The notes below the pieces were generated by a model. The model did not search any database. It saw only the letters and a program-made list of their open reading frames with translations, and was not told the origin of the DNA. Both the position numbers and the translations under genes were made by a program. A DNA stretch of 64,000 nt from Octopus sinensis (taxonomy: Eukaryota), in NCBI RefSeq assembly GCF_006345805.1, contig NC_043016.1:1488001-1552000 (forward strand). Direction: 5' to 3'. Below are positions 50,545 through 64,000 of this stretch, piece after piece (the first letter of the stretch is position 1; every line of letters starts with the position of its first letter).

Positions 50545-53500
50545 CGGACGTGCTGTCACTTCGGCTCCGAAGGTTATTATTTATTTTGACTATTTATAGC
50601 CCATATTTTGTGTACACCTTTGTAAATAGGGTGTGTAAGGCACCTAACTTTCGTTTGAGTGCTTTTCCAATGGAGGAATTGGCCCCTAGGGGCAGTTTCA
50701 ACCCTATTTAATTTGTGTAATTTTCTTCTCGACATTAAAAAATGTCGAGAAATTTTATTGTAGGACGCTGGTCGCGTTCCTTTATGGACCAGCATTTTCC
50801 TAGTCTGGAAACGCTGGAGAATAAAAGAACTTATGCACGCAAAGTGCAAACCTGAATGACGTGGTAGTGAACGCTGTAACCACTTGCGGTAACAGCCCTG
50901 TTACCACCACCACCACCACCACCACGAACAACAACAACAACAACGAGACTACTACTGCTACCATCACCACCACCTCCACCACCACAACCACCACCACTAC
51001 CACCACGACCAACATAAATGATAAAAATGAAACTCACGCGAATACTATTAAGAAAAACAACAACAATAAAAATGAACTATCTAATAGTGAAGATGTTAAT
51101 ATAAAAAAATCAACAACACCAGTAAATTTCGCTGACACTCTGCGTCAGAAAAAAGAAATAGTAACATTTACAAATGAAGAGCTCATAGAAACTAGAGCTC
51201 TCTTTACAACCCAAAGGCAAGATTTAGTGCTGCATACACCTCAACACAAAGGAACAAATAGAAAATAAGACAATTATATATAAAATTATAAGAAAAAACA
51301 AAAAACAAAATGAACAGATTACAAAAACGGATAGAAAAAATGTTTAAAAAACATAATGAAAAAAAAGAATATATAAACTGGGGTCCCCAGTTTAACACAG
51401 TAGTGGTCCGCTTCCCTAACCAGGAAGTGGCAAAAGCTCACTCTACCGAGTCTTTGGAAAATGATGATATCAAAATGGTACCTTATTACAAAGGCCAGAG
51501 AGTGAGTAGAATTACTATTAAAAATGTACCCCCCGAGATCCCGAACAAATGGATAACAGGGGCAATCTGTTACCATTTGAAGAAGATAAATATTTTAGAA
51601 ACCGCCGTGTACCTAAACAACAATTGGGGTGGAAAAACAATAGTAGTGACCATCCAGATTGAGGGGCCTCTATCGAGAACCAACCCCATAGGATTCATTT
51701 AGAAAATGGGCAAAGCCTATATGTTGTGGCAGAAGGCAAAAATCTAGATGCTACAACTGTGGCAGCCCAGAGCATTTAATTGACAAGTGCGCTCTGGCAC
51801 AGAAAAAACAAGAAAGAACAAATCAGAAAACAAATAAAAAAAACCCTTGTTGCCAACACCAACACCAACACACTCAATTATGGAACAATGCGAAGAAAAA
51901 CAAGAAACCAGCAAAGAAACCCCAACAACATCACCAAGAAAAGAAACAGTACCAACACAATCACCGTTGATGTCGGAACCAATTAAAGATACTGAACCAA
52001 CACCAAAAGGTAGACCAACACCAGCACCAAGGACGACAACTAAAAAAACAGAAAACAGTGACGAGAAGACAAATTCTACGCCTAACACCACAACAACACA
52101 AACACCGCACAAAACATCAACAATTTCTACAAATATACATATTAACGGAAATGCTTTGCCTTTACCCCTTTCTGATTCGTCGGACGACGAAAGTTCGACG
52201 GGATGGCAAATAGCCACAGGGGGTAAAAGGAAAAGATCAAAAAGGCCCACCAAACAAGTAAGTAAAGCAGGGAGATATTTAATTCCGGACAGCATCCCCT
52301 TAGACAATCAAAAAATCAATGACCTCGCAAAACCATACACACAACTAACTGCAATAGACACAGACAATAAAAAATTAATGGATTACATTACATCCAACAC
52401 GGACATCTGTGAAGATGACTTTAAGACAAACAATCATCCGCGCACCACACCACCGAAGCACATAAAAATTGTACACATAACACAAACACAACACAATACA
52501 CTGAAAACAATATTTCCAAATGCGGTAGGCGGGTTTCAACGTTACCTCTCCAAAAAACTATACAAACACCTCATCAAGGACACTACAAAAGAAGAAGAAA
52601 AAAATGAAACTTTCGAAATGAGTAAGTGACCTTCCCTCTTGCCTCTTGTCTCTTCCAATATAGTGCGTGAAACACAATTTTCGTAAACGTCAATTATGCT
52701 TAAATTAGGTTGTGTGAATGCGCGTGGGAGCGCAACCAACGTGCTGGCTGCGAGGATGGCCCTCGACCAATACCTCAACGCCAAGCACTGCTGGTGGTTC
52801 GCCCTGAAAATGGCAATAAAATCGGAATCAGCAATAGATCGAAATAGAGTAGAGGGTGACCTGGTTAAGAAACTAGAAGAGGCACTTACCACTGGCAGCG
52901 CAACCAACGTGCTGGCTGCGAGGATGGCCTTCGACCAACACCTCAACGCCAAGCACGAAGGTTGCGTCGTCAGAGCTAAAATGCGTGCCCTAAGGAACGA
53001 AGGGATCGAAGCTGCGCGAGAGGCCCGGGTAGCGGAGGCGCAACGTGGCAACAGAACCACCATTCGGTCTCTAATAGATCAACAGGGATGCAGTTTAGTC
53101 GAAACTGAAAGGATGTGTGAAGCCTTTCAACAGCACTTTGCTCGACTCTTTGGTGTGAGTGGTGGGTCGGAACGCGGGATGGATTTCAGTGCCTACGTGA
53201 CCGATCTGCCGCGGCTCTCGGCAAGGGAAGCGGAGTGTTGTGAAAGTCCCATCACAGCCGCTGACGTGTAGGATGCGATGGCGGGCTGCGCGAGGGATAA
53301 GTCGCCTGGATTGGATGGTTTACCCTACGATCTGTATTGTCGAATGCCAGACTTGTTTGGCGACCTCTTGGCATCGGTCTAATGCAATTGGCAACAAAAC
53401 GGGAGAATCCCCGGTTTCGTGAGCCGAGGTGCAGTGACGTTGCTGAAGAAAGACCCAAACAAGGGGAATTTTATAGATAATTTCAGGCCCATCACTCTGC

Positions 53501-55635
53501 TCAACGCAGATTTGAAAATTTTGGCCAAAGTAATAGCCGAGAGGTTGGCGCTTGTCATTGGTAAACTGGTCGACAGGGCGCAAACATGCGCCGTACCGGG
53601 CAGAACCATACATGACAACCTCCATCTGATGCGCTACATTGTGCACAGGGTAGTTAAGGATCCTGGCATGGGAGGGGCGCTGATCAATTTGGATCAGTCT
53701 AAAGCCTTCGATAGGGTCGACCATCGGTACTTGGCGGCCGACCTCAGGGCGGCTGGCTTCGGTCCCGTCTTCCACGTTGGATCACTGCCTTGTATAGCGG
53801 CATCCGATCGGTGATTCGGGTGAACGGTCACCTGTTGAAACCGTTTGACATCACGCGTTCGGTCCGTCAGGGGTGTCCCCTGTCGGTGCTTCTGCGGAAG
53901 CTGGCGACACTGAGGGATATCCCACGAGAACTGGGTTGCGGGACGAGCGTGTCGGCAAATGCGGACGATGTCACCGTCATAGTGTCGAGCGAAAAACACA
54001 TCCAGATGATAGGCGAGACACTAAGAAAATACGAAACGGTGACGGGAGCGAAGATTAACCCGGAAAAGTCAGTAGGTTTGCTACTCGGCACCTGGAGAAG
54101 CAAGCCCATGCCGTCTGACTGCGGCTCAGTAGTGGGACGCTTGACGGACGGACCGGTTAAATTGCTCGGGGTCTGGTTCAGTCCGGACCTCCAAATGGAT
54201 AAGAACTGGGACGAGATCACGAGTAGAGTGGTCGCTCTCAGCCAAACATGGGCCGAGAGAAAGCTGTCTCTAAAAGGTCGGGTGGAGGTGGCGAACGCGT
54301 ACATCGCATCCGTCATCGATTACCGCCTGACCGTCGTGCCTTGTCCCGACGCCACCATTACCAAACTGGAACGCATACTCTCTCTTCGCTTCCTGTGGAA
54401 GGGTGGCGTTCCGATGGTGAGGAAATCCATTTGCTGTCAACATCCGTTGAATGGAGGACTGGGCATGCCGTGGTTGATGATGCGCAGGCATGCGCTGAGA
54501 CTGCGACATCTCTGGAATTTCTTCGATGACGGTGAAACATGTGTGGCGCCGTTTGTGTGGCGCGCCTTCCCGCAGCTCGTCTCACTGACCGAACTGCAAA
54601 CGTGGATCAAAAAGAGACCGAAACTGGGCGATTGGCACCGAGAGTGTCGCCAAGCTCTACAGCAGCTCTGCCGACCGGGGTCAAACTTGTGCAACTTACA
54701 AACGACTAAGCGTTCTATAGAGGACTAGTGGAGGGGAGGTCCGACGACACACTCGGGGCAACCTGGGCGTCGACGAGAAATTCCTAACCCGCCTGTTCAG
54801 GACGACGTTCGGGCCGGAGCCTATGGATAACTTCCAGAAATCCCTGGTTTAGCAATGCTATCGAGACGCACTACCCGTTCGAAAGAAGAGCTACAGTCGC
54901 GGTTCGAAAACCATCACCGGACCGACCTGCCCGTGATGCGGTCAGGATGATGAAACTGTTCTGCACGCACTCGTGCAGTGTCCAGATATTTCACAGCTGT
55001 GGACCTTCGTCGAACAGCTGTTGTCACGTGTTGGACGGGCCTCCTTATCGGCCGAGTCTATCGTGAATATTGTTCCACCACCTTTCTTTAAACGGGAAGG
55101 GAAAACGGTTTTCGTTACGTTGATGGCTATGGCGAAAGAATGTGTGTGGTGGACGCGTTTGAAAGGACTGCAAACAAACACCTTCCTCTCTGGTCAGTCT
55201 CTCGTCAACTTTTTCAAGTACCACTTGAAAAGGAGGATGAGAATAGAGAGGAAGGCTTTGTCGAACGAATGTTTTAATAAAAGGTGGGTAAAAGTGGCAA
55301 AAATGGTCAGTATGAAAGACGACACTATTTTAAGCGTAAATCTGTAACAAAAAGAGACAACGAGAGGTAAGGTGACTTACTCATGTGTTCATTTTCGAAC
55401 TGTCTGAGGTGACCTTGATCTTTTTTGTAGGTTTTTCTTTCCAAAGCTACACCTAAACTGTGAACCTTATATATATATATATATATTGCTTTTTATACAC
55501 CACACAACCCACAGATCCCTATTGATCAACGTTTTTCTTGTGCCCCCACCCATCCCACCTCGAAAGAAAAAATTCTACATTGTATTTCGTACATTTTTAT
55601 TCTGTGTTTTAGCCCTGTGTGGCTACAATAAAAAG

Positions 55636-55636
<1 letters not shown>
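50545..55636 (+). mobile_element. Tx1/L1-like LINE C1: 5' region, ORF1, endonuclease-deleted ORF2 and 3' UTR
   Basis: ORF1 has CYNCGSPEHLIDKC at 51749-51790. ORF2 reads MLKLGCVNARG and then jumps to post-endonuclease sequence. RT motifs NFRPITLLNAD, LDQSKAFDRVDH, VRQGCP and SANADDV. C-terminal QC..W..VEQLLS. 3' gccctgtgtggctacaataaaaag. Confidence 0.92.
50861..52629 (+). pseudogene. C1 ORF1, frameshifted: Thr/Asn repeat, CCHC knuckle and Thr/Pro-rich C-terminal half
   Basis: ORF fragments 50861-51268, 51310-51702 and 51847-52629, with the knuckle between the last two. Confidence 0.8.
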
Positions 55637-55723
<87 letters not shown>

Positions 55724-55752
55724 ATCTATCTATCCACGTGTCTATCTATCTA

Positions 55753-55827
<75 letters not shown>
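55637..55827. repeat. (TATC)n array 2
   Basis: Direct inspection. It separates C1 and C2. Confidence 0.97.
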
Positions 55828-58733
55828 ATTAGGTAAAGCAAAGCACTTGCCATAGAGTTGAGGGTGAGCTAGTTAAGAAGCTAGAGGAGGCAATTAGAAG
55901 CGGCATCGCATCCGACGTTTTGGCGGCGAGGTTGGCCCTCGACCAACACTTCAACGCCAAACACGAAGGATGTGTTGTCAGAGCTAGGATGCGTGCTCTA
56001 AGGAAGGAAGGTGTTGGAGCCACGAGAGAGGCCCGGGTGGCAGAGGCGCAACAGGGCAACAAAGCCACCATTCGGTCCCTGGTAGATAAAGAGGGGCGCG
56101 AATTGCTCGAGCCAAGTAAAATGCGTGAGGCCTTTCAACAGCATTTTGCCCGACTGTTCAGGACGAGTGGAGGGCAAGAACGTAGGGTGGACTTCAGTGC
56201 CTACCTACATAGCCTACCACGACTCTCGACAAGAGAGGCAGGGTGCTGCGAAGGTGCCATCACGGCGGCGGATGTGCAGGACGCGATGGCAGAATGCTCG
56301 AGGGACAAATCACCGGGTTTGGATGGTCTACCCTACGATAACTTTAGACCCATCTATAGATAACTTAGGCCCATCACTCTGCTTAATGCAGACTTGAAAA
56401 TTTTGGCGAAGGTGCTAGCCAAGATGTTGGCGCTTGTCATCGAGAAACTGGTCGACAAGGCGCAAACATGCGCCGTGCCGGGCCGGGCCATCCATGACAA
56501 CCTACACCTGATGCGCTACATCATAGACAGGGTAGTTAACGAACCTGGCATGGGTGGGGCGCTGATCAATTTGGATCAATCGAAAGCTTTCGATAGGTTG
56601 GACCATCGATACTTGGAGGCAGTCCTCAGAGCGGCTGGCTTCGGTCCCGTCTTCCTCGGCTGGATAGCCGCTTTGTACAGAGGCATCCGTTCGGTAATTC
56701 GCGTAAATGGACATCTATCGAGACCCTTCGACATCGCACGTTCGGTCCGTCAGGGATGCCCCCTCTCGTCGCTTCTATACGTATTGACTCCCGAGCCATT
56801 ATTGCGGAAGCTGGCAACTCTGAGGGGCTTCCCGCGAGAACTGGGATGCGGGACGTGCGTGTCTGCATACGCGGACGACGTCACCGTCATAGTGTCTAGC
56901 CACGAGCACATCGAGCAGCTCGGCGAGACACTGAAAAACTACGAAGCGGTGATAGGAGCGAAAATCAACCGGGAAAAGTCAGTGGGCTTGCGACTAGGCA
57001 CCTGGAGAAGCAAGCCCATGCCGTCCACCAGCGCCTCCGTCGTGAGACGCTGGACCGACGGCCCGGTTGAGTTGCTCGAGGTCTGGTTTGGTCCGGACCT
57101 TCAAGTGGAGAAGAACTGGAACGAGATAACGAGTAGGGTGGTCACTCTCGCCCGGCAATGGGCCGAGAAGAAACTCCCTAAAAGGTCGGGCGGAGGTGGC
57201 GAACATGTACATCGCGTCCGTCATCTACTACCGCCTGACCGTCGTACCTTGTCCCGACCCTACCATCACCAAACTAGAACGCATTCTCTTTCGCTTGTTG
57301 TGGAAAGGATGCGTCCCGATGGTCAGGTGATCCATTTGCTGTCAACATCCGTTAAAAGGAGGGCTGGGCATGCCGTGGTTGATAATGCGCAGACACGCGC
57401 TGAGACTGCGACATCTCAGGCTCTTCGTAGACGACGGTGAACAGGTGTGGTCGCCGTTTGTGAGGCACGCTTTCCCCGCAGCTCGTCTACATGACCGAAC
57501 TGCAGTCGTGGATCAAAAAGAGGCCGAGGAAGGGCGAATGGTACCGCGAGTGTCGCGTTGCTCTCAAGCAACTCTGCCGTCCTGGGTCGACCTTGAGTGA
57601 CTTCATCACAACCAAAGCATTCTATAGGGGATTAGTGTAGGGGAGGTACGACGATGAGCTCGGGGCGAACCTAGATGTCGACGAGGAGTACCTGACCCGC
57701 CTGTTCGGGATGACTTTCGGGCCAGGGCCCATGGACAACTTCCAGAGATCCCTGGCCTGGCAGTGCTACAGAGAAGCGCTACCCGTTCGGGATAAGCTCT
57801 ACAGACACGGCTCGAGAAACACGGGGCCGACCTGCCCGAGATGCGGTCAGAGCGACGAAACCGTTCTGCACGAACTGGTGCAGTGTCCAACAATTTCCGA
57901 CCTGTGGGTTTATGTCGAACAACTGCTGTCACGTTTGGAACGAGTTGGTTTATCAGCTGAGTCTATCGTCAATATTGTCACGCCTCCTTCGTTCAAACAG
58001 GAAGGAAGAGCTATTTTCATCATCCTTGTGGCTATGGCGAAAGAATGTATCTGGTGGACGCGTCTGAAAGGATTGGAGACAAACACTTTCCTCTCTGGTC
58101 AATCTCTCATCAACTTCTTCAAGTACCACTTGAAAGGAAAGTGAGAGTAGAGAGGCAAGTTTTGTCTAGCGAATGTTTTAAAAAAGATGGGTGAATGTAG
58201 CAAGGATGGCACGTATGAATGACGAAGCCACCTTGAGCATAATCCTATGAACCCAGAAATTGAAAACAGAGCGTTACCCACTTGCAAACAGATGTGGTAA
58301 CATATAACAACATTGACCAAGGTTACCGTGGTCTCTTTCGTAGGCTTTTCTTCCCACGGATAAACCTTACTTGCTTTCCCCTTTACACCATATATCATGA
58401 CACTGTGATACACGATCCCTATTGATCGTTTTTTTTCCTCTTCCCCTTTTTTTTCCTCTTTTTTCTTCCTTTTCTATTTTCTTTTCCTTTTTTCCCCTTT
58501 TACGTTCCCTTTTTTTCTTCTTTATTCACTTCTCTTTTCTTTTGTTCCTTTTCCTTTTCTTCTTATTTTATTTTATTTTTTATTTATTTTTTGTTCTTTT
58601 CTTCCTCTTGATCGGAAACCTACGCCACCCCTTTTTTTTGTTTCTTTTGTTTTTTTTTCATCCCCCTAAAGAAAAGCTCTACCTTGTAACTTGTCCCATC
58701 TGTGTGCAGCCCTGTGTGGCCAATAAAGAAACT
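55828..58733 (+). mobile_element. Tx1/L1-like LINE C2, 5'-truncated sister of C1
   Basis: DKSPGLDGLPYD; LDQSKAFDRLDH; VRQGCPLSSLLY; SAYADDVT; TCPRCGQSDETVLHELVQC. 3' gccctgtgtggccaataaagaaac. Confidence 0.93.
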
Positions 58734-58771
58734 TATCTATCTATCTATCTACATGTCTGTCTGTCTGTCTT

Positions 58772-58852
<81 letters not shown>

Positions 58853-59035
58853 ATGTCTGTCTGTCTGTCTATCTATATATCTATCTATCTATCTATCTAC
58901 ATGTCTCTCTGTCTGTCTTTCTGTCTGTCTGCATATCTATCTATCTATCTATCTATCCATCTATCTATCTATCTATCTATCTATCTCTCTATCTACGTGT
59001 CTGTCTGCCTGTCTGTCTGTCTGTCTTTCTGTCTG

Positions 59036-59086
<51 letters not shown>

Positions 59087-59101
59087 ATCTATCTATCTAT
59101 C
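58734..59101. repeat. (TATC)n/(TGTC)n array 3
   Basis: Direct inspection. Confidence 0.97.
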
Positions 59102-59249
59102 TTTTTCTTCAGTCCCGTTGAACTTCCTAACCTCTCCTTCAAACGGTGTTATCCAGTTGGTTTTCTATACTATACAATTTTTATATATACAAGCACATAC
59201 ATCCATGCATACACTCGTTTTTGTGTAGTCTATCGTCAGCTCTGAACAA

Positions 59250-59800
59250 ACATTTCGATAGCGTGCAGACAACCGATCAAGGCGCGACTCACAGCTCCAT
59301 ATCCTGAAGTATGTCTTCATTTATCTGGAGATTGAACTCCAAACACTGACATGCCGTTGTTAATCAATAGATTTCATTCCAGTGCCTGCGATGAAGTTGT
59401 CGATGTAAGTGTGCCGACTTTTCCCTCTTCTTACATCCCCATGACGTGGGGATGCTTTCAAGACTAATATGGATGCTTTCAGGTTAAAGTGCCTGATCTT
59501 CTCGCTAACTTTCAGCAGGTCACCATAAACGCATTTATATGTCATATGTTGCTAACATTTCATATTGGTAGTATCCTTGTGTAACATCGATTTTGCCAGT
59601 TTGATAATTTCTTTGTCAGTGTCCATATAAGAGAACTGATTCGACAGTTGCAATGAAAAACTTTTGATTCACCTGGGCAATTTGGGGTTTCAGGCCTCCT
59701 TCAGTTTGTGACAGGGTGTCATTGCCTGTGCCTTCCCGATCTTGATGTCTGCTCCCAAACTGCTCAGGTTTTTTAAAGGAGATTTTTCATGTATTTTGGC
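59250..59800 (-). mobile_element. Decayed RTE-like LINE 3' fragment
   Basis: Manual translation: FFIATVESVLLYG..TLTKKL..CYTRIL and PRHGDVRRGKSRHTYID. Confidence 0.65.
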
Positions 59801-60899
59801 GGACCAAGAGGATAAGAGTTTGCAGTGATAATAAATTATACCCCTCTCATAGCCAGTTTTTCATTTTAAATTGTTTGCATTTTGTTGTGTTGATAGCCTG
59901 CGGCTACAGTCTGCGTGCACCTTATGGTGATGTGTAATGTGAGGGTTTTTGATCTTTGTGACGTATTTCGTCTGTAGTAGAGAGATTCAGGATTGAGTTA
60001 GGACTAGAATTATTCCTGATAGATCTGATTTATTGTTTGCGTATCATTGTTGTTGTTCTGTGTATGCGTGTTTCTCTACGATGGACAGGCCACCTGTAAA
60101 CAAGTATTGTCAACTTGCCTCCTCTCTCCTTAAGGCTACGTATTCCTCACACCTACCTTTCTTTCCCTTCCTCGCTATTTCTAAAAGTTACTTGTGTGCA
60201 TGTGCACGTGTATGTGTATGTATCTGTGTGCATTGTGTGTGTGCGTGTGTGTGTGTGATGTATTTTTGAAAGTATGTATGCTGCGTCGCGTGTGTATTCC
60301 TGAATGACAGCTGTATTAAAGTTATCATTCCAATGCCACTCCATATTTGTCGCTTACACAACTTTGTTCTCCATTCCTTGATATCAGCCATACCCACTAT
60401 GCCACCACATTTTTACCTCACACTGACACTCTTGTTCCCTTCTCAATTTATTAAATATTAGCCCAGCCGAGTAAAATAAATGGGTTCACCGGTAATACCG
60501 GAAATCGTCCCCAATTATTGGGGGTCTCATGGGTTTATATTGAAATTGTATTTCAATATAAACCTATTATAATTCAACTGGATATTAGTTTAACATATAT
60601 GCAAAGTATTGTCAAGATTGTTTCAATAGTGTAGATAGCAAGATGGTAAAAGACGGACAAATAGAATTAGACATTTATGTATTAGACATAAATATATTTA
60701 TATAGGTATGTTGATGCGAACAGAAGAAATACAACACATACTATGAGTATATATATATTCTTATTAATATTTACCATAAGCAACAGGGTGACTCAAGATC
60801 CAAGAGTTTCATGCGCTTGATAATGGCCAAAGCACCAACTCTCGGACCTTGAGTTACTTCTGCTAAATATTAATATATCTACATGCTTATATAATGTAT

Positions 60900-61560
60900 G
60901 TATATGTATATGTACAGGTCTCATTCTTCATTCTTTCTGGTTTTCTCTACAACCCTCCCCTTTTTCTCTCCCTTTCTCTTACTCCTCCTCCCCCTCCCTC
61001 TCGTCGCTGAGCCGCTACTACCTTTCTGACCTGGCTTCCTTCAAGTATGGACGGCTTTCCCTGTCTCTCTAGCCATTTTCAAAGCGTTCAAAATATTTTT
61101 TCTTTCGTTCTGGCTTGACAGCCCTCCATGTTCGTACTACTGTTATTCTCCTAGTCCTGTCTTTTACTGTTTATATTTTGTACTGTCTTTACTGTCCTGT
61201 TTTTGTCACTATTTTTACCCCTCCGCAAAAAAAATCTCAAATTTTATTTAATTTGCATTTGTGGGAAGGACTGTTTCAACGAAGTCGTCTCTCGCCTTTA
61301 CCTTCGAAACACGGAGTAGATGAAATAGAGGTGGCTGAAAAAGGGGAATGGTCCTTGTGTTGTATGTCTTGTACGCTATTTTTTCGTTGTTTAAGAAAAA
61401 TGTCCATTTCCTCGGTTTTGTGTTTATGTTTTCGTTTCTCATTATGTTCGACGTTTTTTGGTGTCCTGTACCCATATATGCATGTGTATATACATATAGA
61501 TGTAGATACGTACATATATGTATGTATATATGCATATGTTTTATTTATTAATTTGTTATT
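60900..61560 (-). repeat. Copy of the 8290-9410 family
   Basis: gaaggactgtttcaacgaagtcg..ccttcgaaacacggagtag..gtgtcctgtacccatatatgcatg. Confidence 0.75.
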
Positions 61561-61936
61561 ATATATATATATATAATAATATTAGGGAATAAATCCAAAC
61601 TTACAGGGAAAAATTAGATTTAGGATTAAATCCAATTTTATAATATAAATATATTATATATTATAAAATTAGAGGTAAAACCACTATTAGGCAAATCAAA
61701 CAGTGAAAAACATAAGCCGATTCATAAAATTAATTTAAAAATATAAAAGTTAAAAATAAAAAATTATTTAAATAATTTAAACTTGTAAATTTTATATATA
61801 TATATATATACAAATATATATATATATATGTATGTATGTATATTTTTTATTTATATATTATTTTATTAATAATTAATTAATTAATTTTTTTTTAATATCA
61901 AAAGTATTATAAGTTTAATAAAAGATAAAGATAATA

Positions 61937-62091
61937 TCTATATATATAAAACTGTAGTTGTGTGAGTGTCTGTCCAAAACAGAAATGGCTAAGAAAGCCC
62001 GAATTGGCATCTATAAGGGAAGTAACTCTCTAAAAATGCTTATATAGTTATTTCTCTTACAAACCCGAGCAACGCCGGGCGATACTGCTAG
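61937..62091 (+). mobile_element. 155-bp non-autonomous Helitron
   Basis: A|TCTATATATATAAAACTG at the 5' end. 3' hairpin cccgagcaacgccggg followed by CTAG|T. Confidence 0.85.
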
Positions 62092-62441
62092 TTATATATA
62101 TATATGGACTAACGAGAAGATTATTAATAGAATCGTTGAACGACTCTCAAGATGCCTACATGCATATAAATGTACTTTCGCACAATGCAGTAAAAATGAA
62201 TTTTGAGTAACCGTTAACATAATTGAATTTACTTTAAGGTGTGGAAGGCTTAAGTTTACTTTTAAATCCCCATTCATATAAAAACTAAATAGATAATAAT
62301 ATTTTTATATAAAAACAAGTGCTTGAAAACGTTGAGAAGTGAAAACCTCCTCCAAAGGTTAGCGTCTTTTGTCTTTCTAAAAGGCTCTTGTCTTAATCTT
62401 AACTCTCTTGAGAAAAAATATTCTGTCCAATACATATACAG

Positions 62442-62520
<79 letters not shown>

Positions 62521-62660
62521 TAAATATTTTGGCAAATAAAATTTAAATGATGAAGTGAATACAACAGATTTTGTGTGTTTCTTAAATGCTTATAAGCACT
62601 TTCCACGCTGCAATTGCTTATAATATATAATGTATGTAAATATATATATATATATATATA

Positions 62661-62730
<70 letters not shown>

Positions 62731-62731
62731 G

Positions 62732-62773
<42 letters not shown>

Positions 62774-62879
62774 GTGTGTGAATGTGTATATATATAAATT
62801 ATAATGGTTATTGACAATTTTTGTCTTTTTTTCGGCATATTTGGCATTAGAATTTTTCTTTTGCCCTTATCTTGTAAAT

Positions 62880-62957
<78 letters not shown>

Positions 62958-62974
62958 TATATGTCTGTGTGAGA

Positions 62975-63023
<49 letters not shown>

Positions 63024-63038
63024 TCCTTATGTGAATGT

Positions 63039-63365
63039 GCATGACTCAGTGGTGAGAGCATCGAGCTTACAACTGTTAGGTTGTGAGTTCGAATCCCGGG
63101 CCGGTCTGCGTGTTGTGTTCTTGAGCAAGACACTTTATTTCCCGTTGCTCCAGTTCACTCAACTATAGAAATGAGTTGCGGTATCACTGGTGCCAAGCTG
63201 TATCGGCCCCTTTGCCTTTCCCTTTGATAACATCAGTGGTGTGGAGAAGGGAGGCTGGTATGTATGAGCGACTGCTGGCCTTTTATAAACAACCTTGTAC
63301 CTCGGACTTGTACCTCGGAGGGAAACTTTCTATGTGCAATCCCATGGTCATTCATGACTGAAGGG
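63039..63365 (+). mobile_element. tRNA-headed SINE related to family 2
   Basis: tgactcagtggtgagagc (A box), gagttcgaatccc (B box), tgtgttcttgagcaagacactttatttc (CORE-like). Confidence 0.85.
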
Positions 63366-64000
63366 AAACTTTATCATCTATACCATATATACGTATATGT
63401 ATGGATCAGAAGAAGACAATGCTTAAATCTGGCTCAACCAGCGTTTGAACTGAGAAGGCAAAGGGATAAGACGAATGCCGTATAACATTCACACATATTC
63501 ATCACAAACCATACACAAATCTATGTGTATATCTGTCTGGCTATTTATCCAGCTATATGTGTGTTTGTGTTTGTGTGCGGGTATGTGGGTGTGTGTTTAT
63601 GCATGTATGTCTTTTTCTTTTCAGTTTTATTAAATTCTTGAGAGTTCATGCATATACACATGCATTTATGTATGTATCTTTGTATGTATGTATGATTTTT
63701 CTTGGAATTGTATTTAAGTTCTTATGAAGAGATTTCAATTCGATCGTTAATGAAGCGACAAGGCATTATGCGTTAAGAGTGCTCCCGTTGTTTGCGGTTG
63801 AATTGGTCTGTTGGTTGAGCTATCGATGCATATACCAAGATGGAGAATTTTTTGTAATGTCATACAAATCTTCATTATGCCACTAATATATGGGATTTAG
63901 AGAATCCACATCAGTTTCTTTTGCTGTTCCTCCGAGAAACTGAGTATTTCCAGGTTTTTGGGTAAATGTGTTGGCACATAATCTAATGCACCTTTGACGA

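Noticed and set aside
58422-59228. 268-aa Phe/Leu-rich ORF
   Set aside because: It is a T-rich 3' UTR tract plus the TATC array.

Overview
Eukaryotic, AT-rich window, almost entirely repeats, with very dense (TA)n, (CA)n, (TATG)n, (GA)n and (TATC)n microsatellites. The SINE families and repeat landscape suggest an octopod cephalopod (inference). No host protein-coding exon could be supported; most six-frame ORFs are microsatellite translations. Recognisable content: tRNA-headed SINEs; Tx1/L1-like, RTE, R4-like, HERO-like and Penelope-like retroelements, all decayed; two mariner relics; a 4.7-kb Helitron and a 155-bp mini-Helitron; a Merlin-like MITE. The signal the ORF track does not show is RNA-level. 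About nine well-formed type I hammerhead ribozyme (HHR) motifs, plus variant and decayed copies, fall into at least five sequence families. They have palindromic stem III segments and compensatory stem I changes. Two intact HHRs lie exactly 494 nt apart in a near-identical tandem repeat (42891-43855), a retrozyme-like layout that predicts a self-excised 494-nt, possibly circular, RNA. Two candidate site-specific Tx1 systems are also present: one whose copies are bounded by (TATC)n arrays, and one stacked at a 9-bp site next to a hammerhead. All folds and alignments were read by eye. Coordinates of decayed elements are approximate.
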